From Tubiluchus corallicola (lineage: Eukaryota > Animalia > Priapulida): DNA of 64,000 nt. A model generated the notes under the pieces. It was not told where the DNA came from. It searched no databases and saw only the letters and a list, made by a program, of their open reading frames with translations. Each line of letters starts with the position of its first letter. The first letter of the stretch is position 1. Below, one piece after another: positions 52,801 through 64,000 of the stretch. The stretch is taken from positions 1-64,000 of the forward strand of contig JAQGDQ010000264.1 of the NCBI GenBank assembly GCA_030141605.1, read 5' to 3'. The translations under genes were made by a program, and so were the position numbers.

Positions 52801-53055
52801 ATACATTTAATTGAATTGGCCTCTTGGTCTTTCGCCACCACGTCTCAATGTAGTATTATTCATTATTATACGTTGCATATTGTTAGAATTATTGTCTAAA
52901 CGAGACGAATAAATTGAAATTGAATTAAAATAAAAATTGATTTGAATCCTATTCAATCAAATGCCAATCGAAAATAAACCACCTTGACCAAAATTTTAAA
53001 CGACACAGTTAACAAAAATGATGTCGTTCATTGCCTGTTGCTAATGAAAATAAAT

Positions 53056-53969
53056 TGTTGGGAGCCGTTTGGACCACTGCGCCAAGTAGACCAATTGGTC
53101 TACTTGGGCTGCCCAAGTAGGACACTAGAGACAGGTCGTGAATTCAGTCGTTAAGTGTACTGACACCGTCCGTTGTGCTTGTTTATGTAATAATAATAAT
53201 TAAAAACGTTAATACACGTTGAATAATTTATTATACATCTAATAAAATAAAAGAATTTTATTCTGAGCTGGTAGAACGGACACTATTAAATTTGGTTTCG
53301 ATATTAATGTTGTTGAAGTGAAAAAACCCCACTTTTTTGCGAATTCAACATTTGTTTAAGGTATATCATTTTTGATTTTGTCTCACTTCACAAATAGGTG
53401 ATCCGTTTCACTACCTCTTGGGCAAATAATTGTTTTCTTATAAGTAAACGTTCTAGCGATCTATGTGTCCTACATGGGCTAGCGAGCCATGTAGGACAGT
53501 GCCCTACATGTTACAATACTACTGATAATATTAAAACTAATTATCCTTGCTTTTCTTAAATGTTAAACATTACTTTTTGGTGTTGTGAAGGCTTAGCAGC
53601 ATCTGTCTCATTTTTAAATTTGCAATTATTTCTGTAATAACTGTGTGCAGAATTTCTCTCTTTAAAGCATTAGATACTAGGTTTAATGTTATTATATATT
53701 AATGGAGTTAATCATAATGATGAAATTATTGTAGGAAATGCATTTGTAAATTGCCAAGGAATATCCATTTCTAAAAGAAATTTTGTTTTATGCTTTATTA
53801 TGTCATAACAATACTTATAAACAATGGTAATATAAACTGGAAACAAGTTTTGCCAGAGCAAGTTTCTCGACAAAAATCGCTAGTGTCCTACTTGGGCTGC
53901 CCATGTAGGACACTACTTTTAGCGCATCAAGTGGTCTACTTGGCGCAGTGGTCCAAACGGCTCCCAACA
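53056..53969. mobile_element. Non-autonomous TIR element, 914 bp, TGT...ACA ends, 4-bp TSD (Ginger- or Sola-like, tentative)
   Basis: Perfect 38-bp TIRs (tgttgggagccgtttggaccactgcgccaagtagacca at 53056-53093 and its reverse complement at 53932-53969), flanked by aaat on both sides. Confidence 0.88.
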
Positions 53970-54432
53970 AAATCAACGGAATTTGGAAGTGTACGAAGAT
54001 TTTTCATGTACAAAATTTGAAAATATTTTAATACTAGTTATAATAAGGGTGAATAATCTTTTGAAGTTCTTATCAATCCTTTGAAAGCTTTAGCTGACGT
54101 GAAAGTAATATACAAAAAGTGAAAAGAGAAGCAGTTACTGATTGAAGCACAAGAAAACTCCCCGCTTACATAAAGCTTAAAAAAATCGTATTCAAATTTT
54201 ATACCATTTGCATACTGCCTTTTAGCATCCGTCCGGTGCCTAAATCCCTTTTATATCAGGGCGAGTAGCAATTGTACTACTACTAGGCTGATTTCTACTC
54301 AAAAACGCTAAGGAGCACACATATGCTTACTCTAATGCTACAACAACACAAAACAAATTTGGGTTTATAAATGTTATACCGCCGTTACGCACAGCTAAAT
54401 ATATATTACTCTTTATCTTTTCAGCTTTAAAG

Positions 54433-57130
54433 TTATACATTCACTATGCTTCTTCTTTTGACCATTATGTCCTTCAGTAGGCAGACTGCATAATTTTTTT
54501 CCTTTCCAAATAACAGCCATCTCAAGCATGCTTCATCAGTTACTCCTTGCCAAGGGACCTTGTTTCTCATCAGTGTGTAAAATTCACAACTTAATATTAT
54601 GTGTTCTGCAGTTTCAATATCTTTACTACATTTACAAAGTCTTTTTTCTATGCAGTAATCTACTTTCCAAGCATGCAAGGGATTTCCCAATGCTTTTAAT
54701 GTACCAACCCTAGCTTTGACAAGCAATTCCACACCCCGTGTATCGTTCATCCAGGGTTCAGATGATATACAACTTTTGCAATCTCTATATCTTTCTACTG
54801 TTGAACATTTACTTAATTTTTCATTCCACATTTTTAATCCCGTTTCAGCTATAGCTTTCTCTATATGCACATCCCATGCTTTTTCACCCAAATGTTTATC
54901 ATAAATTTTATTCAGACCTACCTCATTTAATTCGCCTAATGCCATAATATTGCCAAATACCGGAAGCCCAAATATATCCCCCAAATGTCTGATTCTTTGC
55001 AGCCATTTTGATCGAATTCTGTGTGTCACTACCCATATTACCACTTTTTTCAGTAACTGATTATCACTCATAAATATAATTCTTTTAAAAAATTTTAGTC
55101 GTGCTTTTGCTTCCCGTTCTTCAAAGGATGAAAACCCCACCTCACCTCTAATTGCAGCGCCACTGCATCCTTTTGCTTTCCAGAGCCATCTTACAAATTC
55201 TTCTTGAATGTTGTTATACCAATCAACTTCCTTTTGGCTGTATGTTCTGCCCACACAACCAAACATTATTTTAGGGACTACAATTGTTTTCCAGCCTGTT
55301 CTTCCTATTTCTAATCTTGCTTCTGATTGCATTGCCGCAAATTTTACGGCACCTATAGTTCTTCTAATATCTGGTATTCTTTCTTTCCAGCTATGTTCAT
55401 CTTCTATGGCTCTTATAATTACCCCTAGGTATTTTTCTCTTTCTGTTGCATGTATAAGCATGTCACTTATCTAAAAGACTGCATTAGCATTAGTTCCACT
55501 AAGGAGAATTGATGCACACTTGGTCGCACTACAATCTTCTATAACACTACCATATCCGCTTCAAATTCTGTAATTAGCGCGGTGTCATCAGCAAAAGCTA
55601 ATATTCTCACTATTATACTTTCATCTATTTTGTATCCTCTTTCTGATCTACTTATTTCTTTTAACATTTTATTAATATACTTGAGAAAAATACAGAGGAC
55701 ATAGGATCACCCTGTTTTACACCTGACGTTACCATTACATTATCTGTTTTGATACTTCTCCAAACAAATCTAACATTAAAACCATGATACCATAATTTCC
55801 AAAATTCAAGAAAGGATTGCTCTGCACCTAAATGTGTGAATACTTGCCACAATTTTTGTTGGTCGACACGATCATAAGCTTTTTCTAGGTCCAACATGAC
55901 CACCCAAAGGCATTGTTCCTGTATAAAAGCTATTTCTCTCAAAAGAGTCAATATGCATAAGTTATCCTCCAACCTTCTGCCAATCCCAAATCCATTCTGT
56001 TCCTCAACAACCACATTTCTTAATTCTAGTCCCTTTACTACTCTAGTTTTTAAAATATTTGATAATAATTTCCCGACCACTGAAATGATAGCTATAGGCT
56101 TATAATTTTCAATCTTTTCTTTTTCTTCCTTTTTATGAATGAGAGAAATTGTTCCTGTTTTCCGTTTGTAAAAGCATGCGTTTTTAACTGAAAAGCGAAC
56201 CCCACTTCTTAATTATTTCTTGGGAAATTATATTTTCATCAGTTATTTTTCCACCTGCATCAGAAATCAAAAATAAGTTCTCTTCTCCACTTTCAGATTC
56301 CTGTTTCCTCTTTGTTATGTCTTTAAAGTGTCTCCAGAATTTTCTTTTATATCTATGTTCTTGCTCTACTTCTTTCATCCATTTTGTTGCCCATGCAGTT
56401 CTTTTCTCTGCAACCAGTATTTTAGTTTTTCGCTTACAAACTATATATTTTTCCCGCCAATAGCTTGTATACTCTACTCTATTTTGTTTTTTTGCTTTCC
56501 TCCAGTTTTTTAATGCATCTCGTCTTTGTGTTATTGCTAATCTAATCTCTTTATCCAACCACGGGGCATTTATTCTACTCCTCTTTCCTTTCCTTGGTGT
56601 CCTCCTGCCTCTTACTTTCTCTGCTACTTTTACTAGTATGGAAGACAACCCTTTTTTCTCTTTAACCTTTTCTTCCACCATATTTTGAAACAGATCCCAA
56701 TCTATATCTTTATTAAATTTCCATTTCTTTCTTATTCCTTCTTTCTGGAGTTTTTATATTTACTGCTCATGTACCCCCTTCTTTTGATGGTTAGCACTAG
56801 AGCTGCATGATCAGAACACGCACCACTCTCACATACCACTTCACAGTTTTTATAGAGTGGAAACCTGAATCATTCACTAATGCATAGTCAATGGTTGAAC
56901 TATATTGTCCGTTCGTCCAAGTGAAATCATCCATCTTTGGCCACACACTATTTAATAGCACTAATCCATACATTTCGCATAAATTTGTTAATAATTTGCC
57001 ATTTTCGTTATCATTATATGTGCATTGAAGTCACCGAGCATCAAAATATGTTTTTTATTATAATCAAAACATATTCTTCCAATTTCTCTCATAATTTTTG
57101 TATTCACCAATCTGTTTTCTTCTTTATTCA
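54433..57130 (-). mobile_element. 5'-truncated, frameshifted non-LTR retrotransposon ORF2 (APE endonuclease - RT - CCHC), RTE-X-like (clade tentative)
   Basis: LGDFNAH, FTWTNGQYSSTIDYA and CSDHAA (APE); NYKPIAIISVVGKL, EEQNGF, LDLEKAYDRV, GVKQGDPMS and LAFADDT (RT); AIRGEVGFSSFEERE and CKCSKDIETAEHIILSC (C-terminal knuckle). Broken into ORFs 56184-56681, 55661-56080 and 54433-55461. Confidence 0.93.
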
Positions 57131-57149
57131 CACCTAAATAGACATAACT

Positions 57150-57440
57150 GTTAGATGCAGCCATTTTGATGGTAATTCGTTTGAAACAAGTTTAGATAAC
57201 ACTGAGTAAAGTCTGATAAATTATTTAGTGTATTCATAGCATGCATGTTGCTAGCTAAGTAAAATTTTTAATTGCTGTATCTTGTCAATAAAATTAAAAA
57301 TACGTTGGAGGGCTAGTCAGCGACATTTTACCAAATGGCACAAACATTTTAAATTACTATTTCTGGTTACATAGGTCTTCCCAGCAGGTAAGCAAAATGC
57401 TAAGTAATACAGATTTGCACAGAAAGTTTTTTGGGGCATA
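57150..57440 (+). repeat. Dispersed repeat, copy 2 (same family as 38976-39300)
   Basis: See copy 1; this copy begins immediately beyond the truncated 5' end of the LINE. Confidence 0.85.
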
Positions 57441-59197
57441 TTTTAGTAAGTAAGTTAGTAAGTAAGTAATTTTTTATTTTTGTCCATAAATTTACATATG
57501 AACATAGGAGAAAGGGTGACGAAAAACCAAAGGTTAATGAGTCAACCACCCTTCTCAGAAAGACAAGTAAACAAAAAGATGCTAATGACAGAAGAACACA
57601 ACTATGAAAAATGCATAAACATCCATAAATACAAAAAATAAAAATACAACAACAACAAAAACCAAAAACCAGTCGTTCCTAAAGGAAATATAGTCAAACA
57701 TTAAAGATAATTATATATGATCCAAAACACAACATCAGATCAAATTGAATATTTTAGTGTTCAGAAAAACAACATTTACAAGATAAAATTTAACTTGAAT
57801 CATGGTTATCAGATATGCATAGCTAAACATTGTGAGATGAAATTTAAATCAGTAACTTTAAGAGAAGTAATAGTTGTCAACTGTTTGTTTTATGGACGTT
57901 ATAACATATATCTATAAAGAGACTATGAATATACATGTGAATAGCAAAAAGAAAGAAAAAAGGTAAAAAAGCAAAATAAATTGTCCTGACAATTGCAATA
58001 CATTAATCAAAAATTTTTGAATTTGAAGAATGACAAATTTATGATCCAGATTTAATTGTCATAACAGCAAAAAACAAATAACAGCCTAAAACAACTAAGG
58101 GCAAGTGTGCTTAAGCAGGAGTGGGTTGTGGTCCATTGGTGCTTATTGCTGAATATTTTCAATTGTTGTTATTTTCATTCACATGTATAACCTTTTGTTT
58201 AAGAAGCATTAAGCTTCTTTGTTCTTTTAAATTAAAATGAGTATCAATCATAGTTATCACAATATTAATAGTGATAGAATCACAAAATAGAAATGAGGAA
58301 ACAAAATTTGAAAGTGTTTTAGGGCCAGCCAGACATTAAATAGAAATACTCTTAAGTACTGTCATTGCATTGTCTGTCAGACATACGAAAACCACTTAAA
58401 GGACGACAAGATGATTTTTCGCATACTATCCTGTTTTCAAGTCGGATAAAAAGTATACATTTTAACATAATTAATAGTACACAAGCATTTCTGATAGTAG
58501 ATTAAAATCTTAATTAACGTCGGGCGAGCCCAACTATTGACGACATCACAAATGAACATAATTTTCAACAGCAAAAATATTCCATGAGCGTGTTGCAATG
58601 TGTCTACAAAAATGAAAATTGAAGTAAGGTGCTACTGTAAGATATTCAGTGTGTTGTACTAAAACTAGGCAAGTTTTAAGATAAAAATTCAAATTTCGAA
58701 TTTACCGCTGTGCTGACGCATGAGCTGTCAAACGTGAGCAGTTCGTCACAAACTAACACATCTGAATTGAGAGGTACAGCACCTGTTTTTTGTGCAATGC
58801 ATTTCCGAAATGCAGGCATTAGTGCCCGTCTAACTAGCGAATGGCAAAATGCAATAACAGCAAAGAACTAGTGGCGTGAACGCGAAATTTTTTGTGTGAT
58901 AATAATTCTTTCACCTAAGTCATTTTTGAAAAAATAGTTTATTTCCCTTCAACATTTTAAAGAGTAGATTGTTTTGACTTACAGTTTAAGATTGGGTCCT
59001 GTTTTGCTTTAAAGTACATTAGCTGTTAATAAGATGAATCATATGAAAACCCCTAAATTTTAACTGGATCATGTTCTGTGTGGTCACAAAAATGCGTATA
59101 TTATGACAGATTGTTTTCACAGGAAAATAACAATTTCTGTTGGCTGTCGAACTACAACTGATGTTCTCATCCTGGTGTTACTTTACTCAAGTATAAT

Positions 59198-62100
59198 ATG
59201 CGAAGCATTAGTCAATCAGCTAAAGGTATTAGAACTCCCAATAATTCTCCCACTGTTGACTCAGCAGGACAACAGGTGGTGGGTCAACCTCGAATAAGTA
59301 AAAGTGCTCCAGCAGGTATTTATTCATAGATTACAGAAACGTCTTAAAGTACCATAATACCATTATTAAAAGAAAAACTAAAAGTGATGATTGTTTTTTT
59401 AACAATTGTAATTATGCCTTCATTTTGTATAGGAAATTGAGATGGAATCATAATCTGTTTTAATCAGTCAGAAAGGAACAGTGGTCTAACATAATGAATT
59501 TTTAACTCTGAGGTAGACTGTTTTGATTCATGCTCTGTTCCAATTTTTCGAAACTTAATATAAATTGTGCTTTAGTTCCATCAGTGAGTAATAATCCCGC
59601 ATTTAAAATTATGTAGAAATGAATGAATTAATTATCTATAAACTATTCTAGTTAGTTTGTAATTACTATATATCGTAACTAAACTAAGATTCTGAAATGT
59701 TGGAAAGAATGGTAAGTTATTAGAGATTGAATGTTCTTCTATATTTTTAACTGCAGCTTAGAAAACCCTTTGTAATTTGTAGTTGTTGCTGTTACCAAAT
59801 ACCTTGTAATCATGATTTCTTTTATTGATAAATGATCTGTTAACATATTTTCTAATGATCAACAATCATGATACGTATGAATTTCAGAAAGTCTAGTTAT
59901 TATAATTTTTTCCAGGTAAAAGCAGAACAGGGGCATCAGATACTGCAGCAACACGCCAAAAAATTGTAAAGCATCCAAGACCATCTGATAGACTTAATCC
60001 GAAGACTATTGATCCAGTAAGAATACATTACAAATGTGAAACTAATAGAAGCATTTTAGCGATTTATGCGTTAAAGTTGTGCAAAAATTTGTGTAATTTG
60101 CACATATAGTTTAATACATTTGGAAAGGTATACATTTCGAACTATGCACATTTCGAACCATGCAGATGGGATTATTATCTTATCCCATCTTGTGAGACTA
60201 GTGTTTCTTAATAATGTTTAAATTGCCTTTATTCAGTAAATATGGCGTTAAAGTTGTGCAAAATTTTGTGTAATTTGCACATATAGTTTAATACATTTGG
60301 AAAGGTATACATTTCGAACTATGCACATTTCGAACCATGCAGATGGGATTATTATCTTATCCCATCTTGTGAGACTAGTGTTTCTTAATAATGTTTAAAT
60401 TGCCTTTATTCAGTAAATATGGTTTCTGATTCTGCTTTGTTTCAAGTCTGTCTGGGCATGTTATCTGCGTTTTTCTATCACGTTCTTTGCCAAACTTGAC
60501 GTATTGTTCAAAGTTTTGTACAACCATAAATTTCACTTCAACTTTTGTTGACTAGGCTTGTTGTAGTCTGACTAACTAATAATGCTCACATCTCTGCCTG
60601 ATTCTAATCATTGAAGTTCTTACGCTAAGTCATCATAATATTGAAACTCGTGTTTGATTTTAGTTTTTTCAGCAATCTAAACAGAAAAGTGCTTTTGCTA
60701 CAGCTTACGTGAATGGTGACATTCCATGCAGGTAATTTGCAAACCTTTTTGTAAACATTTAATTAAGTTAAAGCTTGCAAGGTAAAGTTAAGGACATAAA
60801 TATATAAGGACCTGTACAGAAATTTGTTGCAAGCATTGATCAGCAATGAACAACTCTGTATTCTAAAGCATAACAGCTTAATACCGGAGGCGTTTGCTGC
60901 ATTTTGCATGGGTTCATGAAAAACTGCTCTCACTAAGCAACGATTACATTATATCTGATCTTTTTGTAGGTTTCTACTCCCCATACAATGGATTTTCATG
61001 CAAAATTATATATGAAATGCATCTTCGTACCTTAAGCAAATTAAAAATCGACTTTTGACGAAAAAATTTGGCTTCAAGTCTATTTTTAAGGAGAAATTCC
61101 TATTAAAAGATAAAATGACCTTAGTTTGTCCTTAACTGATCGGTTGGTTTTTGCTGGAATAGCAGCAGAACACTGCACAGCTTGGGCTGTAACAAGCAGG
61201 CGATCAATAAAATAGTGTGTATGATCACGCAAGTGTGCGCCAGACTAAGCAACTCAATAGGCTAAGTTGGAGTGCCTGAAAAAGGCGTGTTTTTCTTAAT
61301 TTTATCCAATTAAATCACTTATGAATGTTTAAACAAATAGAATGATTGGATAGCCGAGATTCTCCTGAACAGAACAGTACATAATTTGTAATCATTTAGT
61401 TATGTCTACGCTCATACAATGGTGCGGTCTTGAAGGAGTTAATGCTACATCAAAAAATGTGGCATAATCCAAACAGACAAATCACGTACCAAAGCATTAT
61501 ACAATATTTTAATTGCTTAAGGTTCAATTACACAAATTTTATAGCACACCATTAATTACAATTAGTATTCTATTGCAGCTAACTACAATTAAATAAAAGC
61601 ATCAGCATTATTATTAAAATTTAAACAGATCACAATAAAACCAGTGAATTTAAACTAGACACTGTACACAACTTGAAATTAGCGAACTTAGTTCGAAAAA
61701 GCTAAAATGAACAAGCAAGTCTTGAGCTTTTTTTAAATGCGTCAGATTTAGTGCAACAACACTTAAGTGGAAGTCTGTTCCATTCTCTTGGGCAAGCTAC
61801 TGAAAGCTAGCTGTCTGCAAAAGTTTTACAATGATTAAAGGGTACATCTAGAGTGAAGCCCTACTGAGCACTGGCTATTTGAGCAGAGAAAGCTTTTGCT
61901 TTAAGGAGATCAGATAAATAACCTGGAGCCGTATTGTGTAACCGTTTGTACACCATGCATAAAATTTTAAATATGATTCTATATCTGATAAGTAACTTGT
62001 CCATCATGGTTAGTAAAGATGTTCACATCTTGTGCCATCTCTTTTGAGCTGTTAAGGCATTAAAATGACTTTTTTGTTTAAGCGTTAGATGACTGTTCAG

Positions 62101-63780
62101 TCCTTTTCTTGATAAACAAGTATGATTATTGAGATGACAGAGAACACAGAGATGACTATTTTGTAATACCACCAGGATAAAAAGGAAAATAGGAAGATTT
62201 TTCCTATCCTATCCCATTTTGAAGTACAGTAAAAATATACATTTTAGCACCTACAAGAATGCCAAGGTGTTTCTGATAATTAAATATTAGGTTAAAAATT
62301 TAATTTGCAGCCAGCGAGCCCAGTTAGTGCTGAGATCACAACTGAATATTATTTTTGTAATGGCACATGTTCACAAAAACGAATAATGAAATACCGTGCT
62401 ACTGTGCAATATTGAATGTGATACATAAAAACTCTCCATAAACTTATGTTTAAACATTTAAATTTCAACTGTGTTAATATATGAGTTTTAAATGTGTATA
62501 ATGTTACAATGAACTGTGTACTTGTGATTAGGTACTTGTCTATTTTTTGTGCACAGCATTTCTGAGATGCCGGTACCACTGTGCTAGTGTCCATCTAACT
62601 GGAATGCAGAACACGTGCAACCGCGAAACACTAACTGAGCAAAGACTGAATTACATTTCTACAGTAATTTATGCAAAAATTCTTAAAAAAACATCAACAT
62701 TTCTCAATATATACATCAAAACCGTCAACCATCAAAAACCCATCAGCCATCAGTAGGTTTTCTTTGAGTATTTTGTAGGTTAGATTATTCCGAGATTCTG
62801 AGCTACAGAAAAAAATAGGTCTTGTTCCCTTTTAACCCTTTCACTACGTAGTTGCTTTTTAACAGGGCCGCATTGGCTTTTGCACATTTGGCAACTTCTT
62901 GTGGTGTGTTACTAAAGCAGAAGCTTGTAAATAAATAAATGGCCATTTGTTATTGAACACAAATATTGTATATTCGTTTTATTTATACACATACAAATAC
63001 ATCCGCGCACACATATATGCACTCACGAGTACACACACGCGCATAACTATCAGCAAGCAATTTTGCATGAGAACGTACTATACAGTACAATATTATGGAA
63101 CGCACCTGGCTTCAGACGCTGATTGGCCGGTAAGCGTTACTTGTTGCAAAGCAACCCCAATCCTGTGGCTGTTAAACTTTTCTACAATGTTTTTGCATTG
63201 CTGTGACAGTGAAATAAACTGACCTGGGTAATTGCGCTTAAGGCTGAGCTCGGGCGGCAGTCTGCCACCTTCTGTAGTCGAGTAAACTGATGATAAACTG
63301 ATGATATACATTTTCTTTCTTTGCTGTCGAGTAATCACACATATTTAATCGTTTATACTGCTGAAATCATTCTAAGATCATTCTGACTCAGTTCTACATT
63401 GTTTAAAAAGACATATTGCTTTATAATGAACTTGGTATTACATCTGAACTGTGCGTGTATTATACTAAGTAGATTGGACTAATCTAATTTAATCTATTAT
63501 ATTAAATAACTATAATTTATATCACAGTTGCATGATGCAAGTGTTTTATTATAGTTTAGTTCATGGAAATGTCAGGCACAAGCTGGCTTGGCGTATTCCA
63601 GCAAATGAAGTAGAATTTGAGCAAGTGCTGCCTCTCTTAGCTAACGGATTGTGTGAAGCAAAGCATCCATATAACTTTGTTGCAAAGAATGGATTTGTTG
63701 AACTACTTGCTGTAAAAGATGCAAAAACCAAAGTGGCACCTCTACTTGCCCATCTAGTGCAACCACTTAAACTATCACTA
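59198..63780 (+). CDS. PACRGL: PACRG-like protein, first 4 coding exons (3' end outside window)
   Basis: Exons 59198-59315, 59916-60016, 60664-60731 and 63555-63780 are in phase. Translation includes [67 protein letters not shown] and PLLAHLVQPLKLSL, followed by a gtgagt donor. Confidence 0.93.
60068..60422. repeat. 177-bp direct tandem duplication in a PACRGL intron
   Basis: Copies at 60068-60244 and 60245-60421 differ at only one visible position (aaaaatttg vs aaaattttg). Confidence 0.97.
61700..62010 (-). mobile_element. Decayed L2/Crack-like LINE 3' fragment
   Basis: IRYRIIFKILCMVYKRLHNTAPGYLSDLL and LSVACPREWNRLPL remnants on the minus strand. Confidence 0.78.
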
Positions 63781-64000
63781 GTGAGTATATATTTGCTTTT
63801 TTTATAGATGTAAGATAATTATTTAGTGAAAATAATGCTCAGCCCTTTTCTCTAATAGTACTTCTTTTGCACTACAAAATGCTGCAAGCTATTGGTATTT
63901 TAAAATTCATACTTCTTTGTGAATTTACATACATATTACATGTATTATGCCACTAATAATGTTAAATGTGTGTAAATAAGAACCAAGATAATAATAATAA

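Noticed and set aside
60878-62850. TTAA-flanked piggyBac-like ends (gaaggagttaa ending at 61442, ttaaccctttc at 62832)
   Set aside because: The ends could not be paired into one element with matching TIRs.

Overview
AT-rich, intron-rich animal (invertebrate-type) genomic DNA; no prokaryotic, CRISPR, rRNA or tRNA features were seen. I assembled six spliced genes by hand from GT-AG junctions with consistent reading-frame phases: a secreted c-type lysozyme-family gene (+, 5247-10043), ATP5MK/USMG5 (+), MAK16 (-), ADISSP/C20orf27 (+), CACUL1 (-) and the 5' part of PACRGL (+, runs off the window). Between and inside them lie decayed LINEs (CR1/L2-like, RTE-like, and one 2.7-kb APE-RT-CCHC element), several non-autonomous DNA transposons with TIRs and TSDs, and tandem duplications. 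Most notable is the lysozyme-family protein. Its catalytic Glu35 position is Gln, it carries an alpha-lactalbumin-type Ca2+ elbow (CNISCYKLIDDDLTDD), a 33-aa loop and a Cys-rich tail, so it is a candidate non-enzymatic 'lactalbumin-like' protein in an invertebrate. Second is a ~710-nt fold-back in the last MAK16 intron. All family assignments come from remembered motifs, not database searches.
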